Source: Phycisphaeraceae bacterium (GTDB lineage Bacteria; Planctomycetota; Phycisphaerae; Phycisphaerales; Phycisphaeraceae). From it: DNA of 64,000 bases. The notes under the pieces were generated by a model that worked only from the letters and a program-made list of their open reading frames with translations, did not search any database and was not told the DNA's origin. The translations under genes were made by a program, and so were the position numbers. The number at the start of each line of letters is the position of its first letter. Within the stretch, counting starts at the first letter, position 1. Shown here piece after piece: positions 38,412 through 48,123 of the stretch. Where the stretch lies: the NCBI GenBank assembly GCA_963674705.1, contig OY771506.1, positions 2,080,001-2,144,000 on the forward strand, written 5' to 3'.

Positions 38412-39837
38412 CTAGTTGCATCTTTCTCGCACCCGCCAACAAGTTTGCAAGGTGTTTTCCAATAGCTTCTGCAAGTGGGATTGGCACGGCATTTCCGATT
38501 TGTTTCGCAACATTGATTTTAGTGCCACAGAATTGGAAGTCATCATCGAAGCCTTGAAGACGCGCAGCTTCGCGGTGTGTGATTGGACGGTCCGCCTCCG
38601 GGTGCAGGTATCGTCCCTTCTCCGGCTTGTAGAATTCGGTCCGTATTGTCACCGATGGGCGATCCCACCACAACCGACCGAATAAGTCAGTACCACCTTG
38701 GGTCTTTCGTTTCCAGCATTCAGGCGTGAGTTCGGGTGGTAAATCAAACCGATTACCTCCGGCAGGAATACATGCGTAGCGCTGCTTCGACATTTCGGTC
38801 GGATTTCGGCCAATATGCCAGTTCTTCCCGCTTGGTTTAAATGGCAGATCACCAATTGCATCTCGCACGGTTAGCCAAGCAGGTAGATCATGAGTCTGCA
38901 GCGTGCGACGTTCAGGATTAACGTGTGTCTGCAGCGGTTTGGTAGGACGCTCCCCCTTCATGCCGATGATGATTGCTCGTTTGCGAGTTTGCGGCGCGCC
39001 ATAGTCTGCCGAATTCAATACCCATGATGCTACGTTGTACCCTAGCGATTCAGCTTCGCGCTGAATTTCTATGAACTCTTGCGATTTCAAGAGTGGTGGT
39101 ACATTCTCCATGACAAACGCAATCGGGTTAGCGTCGCGGACCGCACGAAGGTAGTGCCGCCAAAGTTGCCGTCGTGGATCAAAGGGTACACGCTCGCCTA
39201 GATTACTGAAACCCTGACATGGCGGTCCCCCAGCTACAACATCTGCTTTGGGGAATTCTTTGATTTCTTCAATTGCGCACTGGGCAACCCGTTCCGTGAT
39301 GTTGGCGCGTAACGTATCAGACGCGTCGGGGCTCCATTCTACGGCTAGTTCGGTGCGGAACCCTGCACGTTTGAAACCGAGCGCGAGCCCACCACAACCG
39401 GCGAACAACTCGAGTACCGTAGGGCCATCCCCATCGAGGGGCTCATTCAATACCCCATCCCAATCGGTTTCTCGTAGCGCTACAGTATCAAAAGGGTAAA
39501 GCCGATATTCTCGTTTTCCGATTCGCTCCAATGCGAGCACATCGCCCGGCTGAATCTTATGGTGATCGAAAAACTCGCGCACCCAAGTCCGGGAGCGGAA
39601 CTCACGCCTGGGTTTACCCGACTGGGCATCTCTAGCAATGTCAGTTTCGATGATCTTACGAAGGCCATCAATGCGTATCTTGACCGGTCGGCCCGACTTG
39701 CCAGTAGCGAGACTGGGGGCACCAATGCAATCGTCCGGAAAGAAATCGTGGTGACCGGTGATGTAGACATGGCTGTTGCGCAGGTTCCCGGCTGTAACTC
39801 GGATTAACCGCTTTCTGTCTGCAACAGCACCGCTCAA
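38395..39837 (-). CDS. DNA (cytosine-5) methyltransferase with N-terminal extension
   Basis: FAGCGG, GGPPCQGFS, ENV, Q.R.R, REAARLQGF, QIGNAVP. Confidence 0.95.
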   Translation of the reverse strand: MSGAVADRKRLIRVTAGNLRNSHVYITGHHDFFPDDCIGAPSLATGKSGRPVKIRIDGLRKIIETDIARDAQSGKPRREFRSRTWVREFFDHHKIQPGDVLALERIGKREYRLYPFDTVALRETDWDGVLNEPLDGDGPTVLELFAGCGGLALGFKRAGFRTELAVEWSPDASDTLRANITERVAQCAIEEIKEFPKADVVAGGPPCQGFSNLGERVPFDPRRQLWRHYLRAVRDANPIAFVMENVPPLLKSQEFIEIQREAESLGYNVASWVLNSADYGAPQTRKRAIIIGMKGERPTKPLQTHVNPERRTLQTHDLPAWLTVRDAIGDLPFKPSGKNWHIGRNPTEMSKQRYACIPAGGNRFDLPPELTPECWKRKTQGGTDLFGRLWWDRPSVTIRTEFYKPEKGRYLHPEADRPITHREAARLQGFDDDFQFCGTKINVAKQIGNAVPIPLAEAIGKHLANLLAGARKMQLVSAAE

Positions 39838-40175
39838 ATTTTGCTCCTTCGCTCCAAAGGCCTTCTGGCAATGGTCTTATGGTATACACATTTGGGTATA
39901 ATGAAAAGTGGGAAACCCAAACATTTTACAAACACAGATCGAGCAACGAGTTATTGGCAAATATCTGTGAACGAACCATTCATAGATTTTATGGGAAGGC
40001 TTGTATTTTATGCCTTCAACCATTTCTAGATGATTGGTGACGATATCGGCGTGGTTGAGGTAGATCAACGACAGTGCTGATTATTTAGATTTCGATCTTA
40101 CGAATTACCCCTTGAAATGGAAATAAGGAGATAGTCGGGCACCGAGGCCCGGCCTAACCCTCCAAGGAGACCGCC

Positions 40176-40700
40176 GTGATGAGAATCGGACTGACGTTCG
40201 ACGAATACGTGGACCTGACGCTCAAGCCGCTCAAGGGTGCTGACAAAGCATTTCATAGGGGAGCCGAAACCCTCGTAGGGCAGATGTTCCCGATGACCCT
40301 GGGGGCGGCATCGAGCCACCTTCGGTCTCGCGGGTACGATTGCCGGCCCGAAATGCTCGAAGTGCTTGTTCAGAATGGGGTTGTGACGCCCACAGAAGGC
40401 GCGTGGACCCGGGCGGATGTGGACGCCGCCGCAGACCACTTCGAGGACTGCGAGATGTTCACGCCCTACGCCGCCATGTGCCAGACGCTTGGGTGCGGGT
40501 ACGCCGACTTCGAGCGTCCGCTCCGGGAGGCGGCTGAGCGGGAATCCGAGAAGTGGGGCCGGCGCATCCCCGATGATGACCAGTACTTCGTCATGCACCG
40601 CCAGCCACCCCGGGGCGGCGACAACGCCCGCCCGGCGATCATCACCTTCTCGCTGTGCGACGACATCCGGGAGAGGCTCGAGCGCGGCGAGGAGGTCTGA
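40176..40700 (+). CDS. Hypothetical protein, first gene of the satellite core operon
   Basis: AGGAG RBS; GC-rich codon usage; abuts the next gene. Confidence 0.7.
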   Translation: MMRIGLTFDEYVDLTLKPLKGADKAFHRGAETLVGQMFPMTLGAASSHLRSRGYDCRPEMLEVLVQNGVVTPTEGAWTRADVDAAADHFEDCEMFTPYAAMCQTLGCGYADFERPLREAAERESEKWGRRIPDDDQYFVMHRQPPRGGDNARPAIITFSLCDDIRERLERGEEV

Positions 40701-41276
40701 GTGGAATCCTCACCTTATGAATTGAAACTAACGGACGACCTTCTGGAATACGCCAGGAAGGTCGCCATCAAGGAGGCGCGCAAGTGCTGCGCGCCGCGCC
40801 ACGACTACAAAAACGTCGTTGGTGAGGCGGTTATGCAACTGATTAGGAAGCCATTGAAGTTTGATCCCTCGCGTGGTGCGAGCGAGAAGACCCTGATCTA
40901 CACCATCGTGAAGCGCGCCGTACTACGGTTTGCGGAGCGCGAGGCGAAGGAGGCGCGTAAGTTCAGGCAATTCCCCGAGCGGGTTGGAGCGGCTCAGGAT
41001 GGCGAGGATAACGAACCGGCGCAGAACCAGATCGGCGAGAGCCGGACAAAGGCGCTTAGACGTGGCCGGTGGACCCTGGATGACATGTTTAAGTACATCG
41101 ACAACGAAGACAGCCGCGCCCTGTGCAAGCTGGTCATCGAATGCGATGGCAACAATAGTGAAGCAGCAAGCAGACTCGGGGTATCTGAAGGCACCGTACG
41201 TTATCGCCTGAAACTCCTTGCCCCCAAACTACGTGCGGCCGGTTTCGACCCGTTTCCCGATGGAGAGGTGCCATGA
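40701..41276 (+). CDS. ECF sigma-like DNA-binding protein
   Basis: 'KFDPSRGAS..TLIY.IV'; HTH 'SEAASRLGVSEGTVRYRL'. Confidence 0.7.
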   Translation: MESSPYELKLTDDLLEYARKVAIKEARKCCAPRHDYKNVVGEAVMQLIRKPLKFDPSRGASEKTLIYTIVKRAVLRFAEREAKEARKFRQFPERVGAAQDGEDNEPAQNQIGESRTKALRRGRWTLDDMFKYIDNEDSRALCKLVIECDGNNSEAASRLGVSEGTVRYRLKLLAPKLRAAGFDPFPDGEVP

Positions 41277-43165
41277 GTATCGCGGTGACGAATGACAACA
41301 TGCTGTTGGCGGCACCCGAGGTCGAGATCGAAGCGGGTGCGGAGCGAACGGGTAAGCCGCGCATCAATATCGTCGCTTACACCGGCGGCGTGATGCGGGT
41401 GCCGGGCTGGGGTGATGTGGCCATCGACCTGACCGGGCTTGATGCGACAGGCCAGGTGCCGCTGCTAGCCGATCATGACGCACGCGTCAGCGGCGTCGTG
41501 GGACATGGGCAGGCAAACGTCGCGGATGGCCGATTGATGGTGGCCGGTGTGATGAGCGGCGCGGGCGAAGCGGCGCGTCAGATCGTTGAGATGACCACCG
41601 GCGGATTCTCATTTCAAGCATCGGTCGGCGTCGAACCGGTCGAGCACGAACGCGTGCAGGCGGGCGCAAAGGTACAGGTAAACGGTCGCATGCTGTCCTC
41701 GGCGAGGGGTTTTTCGCTGGTTAAGGTCGGGCGGCTCAGAGAAGTCAGTATTACGCCGTTGGGCGCAGACTCGGGTACGAGCGTCGCCATCGCGGCTTCA
41801 CAACGTAACACGGAAACGCAAGTCATGAGCACGGACGTTCAGAACACCGACGAACAAGCTATTCGCGCCGACGAACGGCAGCGTATTAATCAGATCGAAA
41901 GCCTCTGCGCCAGACCTAGCGGCGGCTGGGGCACCATGCAGCCGAAGGTTGATGCGCTGAAGGCCTCGGCCATCGCGGGTGAGATCAGTGCGCAGGACCT
42001 CTCTGCGGAACTGCTGAACATCCTGCGCGAATCTCGGCCCAAGGTCAGCACGTTCCAACCGACGCAGCCGGTGGGTGGTGTGGCCACCCTCGAAGCGGCC
42101 CTTCTCAAGCGGATGGGGTTGAGCGATCTGGGCGAGAAGGCCCTCGGCGCGATCGCGATGGAGCATGGCGAGCGGATCAAGGCGACGCACGCCCTGGATA
42201 TCTGCCGTGCCGCCCTGATGCTTGATGGTGCTGAGATCCCGCAGGGCCGTGAACAGATGGTGCGTGCGGCGCTCTCGACGTACTCGTTGCCGACGGCGCT
42301 GGGCAACCTGGCCAACAAGCTGCTGCTGGATGCTTACGACGAAGCGCCCGCGACGTGGCGGTCGTTCTGCTCGGTTCGGTCGGTCTCCGACTTCAAGCCG
42401 AACACCGCGATCCGTCCGAGCTTCACCGGCCAGCTGGAGACGGTTGCGCCGGGCGGCGAGATCAAGCACGCGACCGTTGGGGAATGGTTCACGCAGTTCC
42501 AGGCCGACACCTACGGCAAGGTCCTGAGCATCGACCGCCGCGACATCATCAATGATGACCTGGGCGTGTTCGATCAGAGCGCCCGGGCGTTCGGCCGCGC
42601 CGCGATGCGGAAGGTCAGCGACCTGGTGTACGCCACGCTGCTGGCCAATGCCGGCGCGTTCTTCTCGGCGGCCAACGGCAACTACATCTCGGGCGCGGAC
42701 ACGGCGCTGAGCTTCGATTCGTTGGCTCAGGCCATCCAGGCGATGATGCTGCAGCGCGATGACGAAGGCAACGACCTTGACCTGCGGCCGGCCACGCTGC
42801 TGGTGCCGCCGGGGCTTCAGCCTACGGCCAAAGCACTGCTGGAGTCTGAGTTCATCCAGCAGATCTCCGAGCGCATGCCCACCGGCAACTCGCTGCGGCG
42901 GGCGGTCAGCATCGAGGTCGAGCCGCGTCTGAGCAACACCGACAAGTTCAGCGCCGCCAGCGCCAAGCACTGGTATCTGTTCGCCAGCCCGAGCAACACG
43001 CCGATGGTCGTGGCGTTCCTCAACGGCCGGCAGCAGCCCACCGTCGAGTTCTTCGGCCTGGACCAGGACGTGAACAAGCTGGCGGTGAGCTGGCGGGTCT
43101 ACCACGACTTCGGGTCGGCGCTGGTCGATCCGCGTGCGGCGGTCCGCAGCAAGGGTGAAGCGTAG
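41273..43165 (+). CDS. Prohead protease-major capsid protein fusion (HK97 fold, Mu gpT-like)
   Basis: Protease-like 'AYTGG..PLLADHD..FQASVG..LREVS...GAD'; capsid 'ANKLLLDAY..VSDFK..GGEIK..TYGK..IDRRDIINDDL'. Confidence 0.85.
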   Translation: MSIAVTNDNMLLAAPEVEIEAGAERTGKPRINIVAYTGGVMRVPGWGDVAIDLTGLDATGQVPLLADHDARVSGVVGHGQANVADGRLMVAGVMSGAGEAARQIVEMTTGGFSFQASVGVEPVEHERVQAGAKVQVNGRMLSSARGFSLVKVGRLREVSITPLGADSGTSVAIAASQRNTETQVMSTDVQNTDEQAIRADERQRINQIESLCARPSGGWGTMQPKVDALKASAIAGEISAQDLSAELLNILRESRPKVSTFQPTQPVGGVATLEAALLKRMGLSDLGEKALGAIAMEHGERIKATHALDICRAALMLDGAEIPQGREQMVRAALSTYSLPTALGNLANKLLLDAYDEAPATWRSFCSVRSVSDFKPNTAIRPSFTGQLETVAPGGEIKHATVGEWFTQFQADTYGKVLSIDRRDIINDDLGVFDQSARAFGRAAMRKVSDLVYATLLANAGAFFSAANGNYISGADTALSFDSLAQAIQAMMLQRDDEGNDLDLRPATLLVPPGLQPTAKALLESEFIQQISERMPTGNSLRRAVSIEVEPRLSNTDKFSAASAKHWYLFASPSNTPMVVAFLNGRQQPTVEFFGLDQDVNKLAVSWRVYHDFGSALVDPRAAVRSKGEA

Positions 43166-43300
43166 TCGTTCAGCGGGCGGGGGCACACTCCTGGGCACTC
43201 GCCCGCTTTAAACCATTCTCACACCGATCGAATTGACGCCTACGGGTAAATGAATTGGGGGCCGCGCTTGTGGTCTGCGCACAGGTAATGGAGTGCCGGT

Positions 43301-43486
43301 ATGACAAATGCCCTGAAAGTACATGGGCCACCGCAGCGTGTGGGCAGTATCGAGATGCGTATGGCAATTGCTGGTTCGACGCACGAATCGGAGCAGCGTT
43401 GGTCCCGGCGCTCAGAAGCCATCGCTGCTTGGCTGCTGTCTGAATGGAAACGCCAGCAATCGCAGGGTAGCAGGGAGGCCTCCTGA
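43301..43486 (+). CDS. Small hypothetical protein
   Basis: GGAG RBS; TGATG coupling to the primase gene. Confidence 0.55.
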   Translation: MTNALKVHGPPQRVGSIEMRMAIAGSTHESEQRWSRRSEAIAAWLLSEWKRQQSQGSREAS

Positions 43487-45918
43487 TGTTTGATGCACGA
43501 CGCTGCGATGACCATGTTCCTCAATGCCTGCGAGACACGCCGCAGTGGGTGTTGTGGAAGTTGGTGGAGCGCGGCGGTAAGCCGACGAAGGTGCCGGTGG
43601 CCCCGAACACGGGCTGGAACGCGTCATCGACTGATCCCGCAACTTGGGGCACGTACAAGCAGGCTACCTTCCGCGCGATGGGGTCGGAAACGTACCGGGG
43701 TGTGGGCTTCGTGTTCACCGAAGCCGACCCCTACTGCGGCATCGATCTGGACGACTGCATTGTTGACGGGCAACTGACGCCCGAAGCTCGTGAGATCATT
43801 GATTCGTTTCCCACGTACACCGAGGTGTCGCCCAGCGGCAAGGGCGTGAAGCTGTTCCTGCGGGGCCGTAAGCCGGAACACGCTGGCTGCGCGACCGGCA
43901 AGATCGAGGGCATGGCCCGTATCGAGGTGTACGACAGCGGGCGGTTCTTCACCGTGACCGGTTGTCAACTCGATGGTACGCCACGTGAGGTGGCTGACTG
44001 CCAGCAGCAGCTCGAGGAGCTGTGCGAACGGCTGTGGCCCAAGCCGCAGGCCAGGCCGGTTGCGGCGTCCACGCCATCACCGGCGCACCACATGGGCAGC
44101 ACCGAACAGGACATGCCTGCACGCGAGCGCCGGTGCATGAACTATATCGAGAGATGCCCCGACGCCATCAGTGGGAACGGCGGTCATAACGCCACGCTGC
44201 GGGCCGCTTGCGAGTGCTACCGTTTCGGCCTGGACGAAACCGCCGCCTGGAGCGTGATGCAGTGGTTCAACGACCGCAAGACCGGCGGCGAGCGCTGGAC
44301 GGATTGCGAACTGAATCACAAGCTCGATGCGGCGAGGAAGAAGGTTGACCAGGCCGGAGAGTTTGCCGTGAGGTTGGTGGATGTTCACGTTGATGCCGCC
44401 GAGATGAGCACGCAGCAGGTCGCGGCGCTGATGACCGATGTGGGTAACGCCGCCCGGCTCGTGCAGCGCTACGGCAACCGCATCCGGTACTGCTACGGAC
44501 CTGAGCAGTGGCTCGTGTGGGACGGTCGGCGCTGGAAGATCGACGAACGGGGCATGATCGTGCGGTTGTGCAAGAAGACGGCGCTGGCGATCCTCGATGA
44601 GGCGAAGAAGGTAGAGGGTGATGCGCAGGACGAATTGATCCGGTGGGCCATGTCCAGCCAGAAGCGGGATCGGCTTACCGCGATGGCAGCATTGGCTCAG
44701 CCCGACGTGGCGGTCGGCCCGGATGACCTCGACGCTGATCCTTGGGCGTTCAACGTGCTCAACGGCACGATTGACCTGCGCACCGGCGAGATCGAACCGC
44801 ATAACCAGACTGATCTGATCACCAAGCTTGCCCCGGTCGAGTTCGATCCCGACGCCACGTGCCCGCGGTTCGATGCGTTCCTCGAGCGGACATTCGCCGG
44901 TGATGTTGACCTCATCCGCTTCGTGCAGCGCTGGCACGGTCATTGCCTAAGCGCCGACATCCGCGAGCAGTACCTGCCCATCTATCATGGCGAAGGCAAC
45001 AACGGCAAGAGCGTGCTGCTGGACACACTCAGCGCGGTGATGGGCGACTACGCCGGTGAAGCCCCGCCCGACCTGGTCACGGTTCGCAAGCACCCCGAGC
45101 ATCCGACCGAGATCGCCGACCTGCTGGGCAAACGGTTAGTCATCGCCAGCGAAACGGAGCGCGACGCCGAACTGCGCCTGCAGCTCATCAAGCGACTGAC
45201 CGGTAACGCCCGGCTCAAAGCCCGACGCATGCGGCAGGACTACTTCGAGTTTGGCCGCACCCACAAGATGATCCTCGTGACCAACAACCGCCCGACGATC
45301 AAAGAGGACACCGAGGCGGCCTGGCGACGCCTGCGGTTGGTGCCGTTCGATGTCATCATCCCGAAGGACGAACGCGATCCTGATCTGATCCGCAAGCTAA
45401 GCCACGAATACTCCGGCATCCTGTCATGGATGGTGTGTGGCTGCGTCGATTGGCTGCGTGAGGGCCTGACCGAGCCGGACGCAGTGACGATCGCGACCGA
45501 AGCGTATCGCGGTGCCGCCAATAGCCTCGATGCGTTCCTGATTGAACGGTGCAGCATGGCCGACGGGTTGATGTGCGCCACGTCCGATCTGCTGGCTGCG
45601 TACGGCGAATGGTGCGCTCAGCACCGGCGCGTTCCGCTACAAGGTAAGGCGCTGGCTGCAGCATTGAAGGCACAGGGATGCATCCCGACGAAGGTCAGCG
45701 GGCAGCGCCATTGGATTGGTTTGGACCTCGATGATGATCCGCGTGGACAGAACGGGCGCAATGGACGCCAGGTGCCCGTTAACGCCTACGTGAGGGGCAA
45801 TACTCCGGTTAACGGGCATCAGGCGTCCAATCCGTCCAATGCGTCCAGTACCCAGGCGATGGCGCTGGATGCGGACGAAGGAAGCAATGGCTTATCACCA
45901 GAGGAATCAACGGATTAG
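43486..45918 (+). CDS. Prim-pol fused to P4/D5-type SF3 helicase
   Basis: 'GIDLDDC', 'YTEVSPSGKG', 'IEVY..GRFFTVTG'; 'TDVGNA.RL'; 'GEGNNGKS'; 'ASE'; 'TNNRP'; 'WRRL..VPF'. Confidence 0.9.
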   Translation: MFDARRCDDHVPQCLRDTPQWVLWKLVERGGKPTKVPVAPNTGWNASSTDPATWGTYKQATFRAMGSETYRGVGFVFTEADPYCGIDLDDCIVDGQLTPEAREIIDSFPTYTEVSPSGKGVKLFLRGRKPEHAGCATGKIEGMARIEVYDSGRFFTVTGCQLDGTPREVADCQQQLEELCERLWPKPQARPVAASTPSPAHHMGSTEQDMPARERRCMNYIERCPDAISGNGGHNATLRAACECYRFGLDETAAWSVMQWFNDRKTGGERWTDCELNHKLDAARKKVDQAGEFAVRLVDVHVDAAEMSTQQVAALMTDVGNAARLVQRYGNRIRYCYGPEQWLVWDGRRWKIDERGMIVRLCKKTALAILDEAKKVEGDAQDELIRWAMSSQKRDRLTAMAALAQPDVAVGPDDLDADPWAFNVLNGTIDLRTGEIEPHNQTDLITKLAPVEFDPDATCPRFDAFLERTFAGDVDLIRFVQRWHGHCLSADIREQYLPIYHGEGNNGKSVLLDTLSAVMGDYAGEAPPDLVTVRKHPEHPTEIADLLGKRLVIASETERDAELRLQLIKRLTGNARLKARRMRQDYFEFGRTHKMILVTNNRPTIKEDTEAAWRRLRLVPFDVIIPKDERDPDLIRKLSHEYSGILSWMVCGCVDWLREGLTEPDAVTIATEAYRGAANSLDAFLIERCSMADGLMCATSDLLAAYGEWCAQHRRVPLQGKALAAALKAQGCIPTKVSGQRHWIGLDLDDDPRGQNGRNGRQVPVNAYVRGNTPVNGHQASNPSNASSTQAMALDADEGSNGLSPEESTD
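45762..45829. repeat. 22-bp inverted repeat with flanking TGGAC/GTCCA repeats (candidate origin)
   Basis: tggacgccaggtgcccgttaac / gttaacgggcatcaggcgtcca, 20/22 match. Confidence 0.7.
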
Positions 45919-46288
45919 CGGCGATCTGTCCCGGCTTGCGCCGTCGTGGCGGACGGTGGCCCGTCGTGGACGGAATCACCGAGCTTGGCCAATGTTCGGC
46001 GCGACAAACCGAACGCGACACGGCCCAACGTCGGGCCACAGGGCGGCGGATAGGTACTTCCAGCGCCCGGTCTGCCTCGTGATGGCGGCGGGAACGGTCG
46101 CGCCATACCTTTGATTCGCTTGCAGATGAAAAACGGCGCGTTCAAAAGAAACTCTGTCCTCCATGGCGACTGGTTCCGCCGCCATCACGGAAATGGCCGC
46201 AATTCCGAGGACCCATGGGCAGACTTGATGTTCCTCGCGAAACAAGCCCTCATGGTCTGGTAGATACCCACGACCGGAGACCGCGACC

Positions 46289-48121
46289 ATGACTACCACG
46301 ACCACCATCCCCGCCGTCGCTTACCTTCGCCGCTCGTCCGACAAGCAGGAACAGAGCATCGGCGATCAACGCACCGAGATCGTGCGCTATGCGGATGACA
46401 ACGGCTATACCGTCATCCGCGAGTACGTGGACGATGCGATCAGCGGCACGAGCGCCGAGGAGCGCCCGGGCTTTCAGCGGATGATCACCGATGCCGAAGC
46501 GGGCCAGTTCAAGGCTGTGATCGTCTGGAACAGCGACCGGTTCAGCCGGGGCGACGTTACCGAAACCGAGCATTACCGCTATCTGCTTCGTCGCGCCGGC
46601 GTCATGCTCGTTTCCGTGACCGAAGACTACCTGCACCGCGAGAGCTTCGACGGAGACATCTTGCGGACGGTCAAGCAGTTCCAGAATCGGCAGTTCTCCA
46701 TATCGCTATCGCAGAACACGCTGCGCGGCCAGATCTCGGCGGTGCAGGCTGAATCCGATCCCGGCAGGCCATGCCCATACGGGTACGACCGCGAGATCGT
46801 GGGGCCCGACGGGCAGGTGCTCTACTGCGTTCGGTTCTGCCCGGGTCGGGTACGCGAGGTACTCGACGCCAATGGCAACTTGACCGCCACATACCGCAAG
46901 GGCCAATCGCTCCGTAAGCCCGGCAAGGAATGCAAGGGCAGGATGGTGTTGTCGGCACCCGACCGTGTGCAGGTCGTCAAAGACATCTTCGCCGGATGCC
47001 TAGACGGTGTGGGATTCAAAGGCATCGCGGACCGGCTCAACGCCCAAGGCATCCCAAGCCCCAGGGGTGGCCTGTGGAACTTCACCACGATCAAAGCCAT
47101 CCTGATGAATCCGATCTATCGTGGCGATCTGGTTTGGAACCGGCGAACCGAGAGCAAGTTCTATTCGGTTCGGAAGGGACGAGCGGACAAGATGAAGTCG
47201 CGCGACATGGCCGACCGCCCGGTGCTGATGCCCGAAGATGAATGGATCGTCGTGCAGGACGCGGTGCCCGCCATCGTTAGCCGCGAGGATTGGGATCGCG
47301 CGCAGCTCATGGTCATCCGCAGGCGGAAGGCCAAGGGCGGGCAGGGCAAGCAGCGAGACCGGTGGCTTCTATCCGGCGTACTTGTATGCGGGCACTGCGG
47401 CCAGCCGTTCTGGGGCGAACGAAAACGGAAAGGGCGCATCCCGGGTAGAGCCGAGGTCGCATGCAACTACTACACATGTGCCGGGCGTCGGCGATACGGA
47501 AAGAGCACGTGCCCGACATCGGCCAGCGTGAAAGCCGATGAGTTGGAGGCGTGGGTACTCGGCAAGCTCGGCGGCCTGATCTTAAATGATGTCGGTGGCG
47601 TCGATGAGGCGGTTGATCGGTTCGTTGCAGCCACGCTCGGCATGGCGCGGGGTGGCACCGATACCAACCGGATCGTCCGCGAGATCGCAGAGATCGATCA
47701 AACGGTGGCATCGCTAACCAGCAGCCTCGATCCGGCAAACCTGGCGATGCTCAACGACCGGCTGACGCAGATACGAACTCGCCGCGAGCACCTCGAGGCC
47801 GAACTCCGATCCGCCAGGCTGGACGAGCGCCGTCTTGACGCCGACCATCTTCGCCGATGGGTGTACCGGCAGATCGAGTCCTTGGCGGCGATAATCGACG
47901 GCCGGCGCGACCCGCAGCTGCGGAGAACCATGGCGAGCTACATCGACGAGATTCGCATCTTCCCCGAAACCAAGACGGGCGAACTGATTCTCAATAGCAA
48001 CATTTGGGGCCTGATCGGCACCGGGGACGAGGCCCCCAATGAAAAAGACCGCCCGGTTGGGCGGTCGTGTGCAGATACAATAGCGGGGGCAGGATTCGAA
48101 CCTGCGACCTCCGGGTTATGA
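46289..48121 (+). CDS. Large serine recombinase
   Basis: 'AYLRRSSDKQ', 'DAISGT...RPGF', 'DRFSR', 'NPIYRG', Zn-ribbon 'LLSGVLVCGHCG', coiled coil. Confidence 0.95.
   Translation: MTTTTTIPAVAYLRRSSDKQEQSIGDQRTEIVRYADDNGYTVIREYVDDAISGTSAEERPGFQRMITDAEAGQFKAVIVWNSDRFSRGDVTETEHYRYLLRRAGVMLVSVTEDYLHRESFDGDILRTVKQFQNRQFSISLSQNTLRGQISAVQAESDPGRPCPYGYDREIVGPDGQVLYCVRFCPGRVREVLDANGNLTATYRKGQSLRKPGKECKGRMVLSAPDRVQVVKDIFAGCLDGVGFKGIADRLNAQGIPSPRGGLWNFTTIKAILMNPIYRGDLVWNRRTESKFYSVRKGRADKMKSRDMADRPVLMPEDEWIVVQDAVPAIVSREDWDRAQLMVIRRRKAKGGQGKQRDRWLLSGVLVCGHCGQPFWGERKRKGRIPGRAEVACNYYTCAGRRRYGKSTCPTSASVKADELEAWVLGKLGGLILNDVGGVDEAVDRFVAATLGMARGGTDTNRIVREIAEIDQTVASLTSSLDPANLAMLNDRLTQIRTRREHLEAELRSARLDERRLDADHLRRWVYRQIESLAAIIDGRRDPQLRRTMASYIDEIRIFPETKTGELILNSNIWGLIGTGDEAPNEKDRPVGRSCADTIAGAGFEPATSGL
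48042..48066 (-). terminator. Minus-strand terminator inside the integrase 3' end
   Basis: gaccgccc-ggtt-gggcggtc preceded by A5 on the + strand; downstream of the tRNA fragment. Confidence 0.65.
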
Positions 48122-48123
48122 GC
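48081..48123 (-). repeat. 43-bp duplicate of the tRNA-fMet 3' half (att site)
   Basis: Identical to 55239-55281. Confidence 0.95.

Larger units (their letters stand above)
37048..48091. mobile_element. Serine-integrase, capsid-encoding satellite-like element at the tRNA-fMet 3' end
   Basis: 13-bp direct repeat AATAGCGGGGGCA at 37048-37060 and 48079-48091; reconstituted attP has 16/17-bp inverted arms. Confidence 0.85.

Noticed and set aside
41798..43198. 466-aa antisense ORF (likewise 44077-44943 and 58200-59510)
   Set aside because: Opposite-strand shadows of well-supported genes
40176..48121. Complete prophage
   Set aside because: No portal, terminase, tail or lysis genes between the att sites
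48081..48123. Second tRNA gene
   Set aside because: Only the 3' half is present; it is an att duplication
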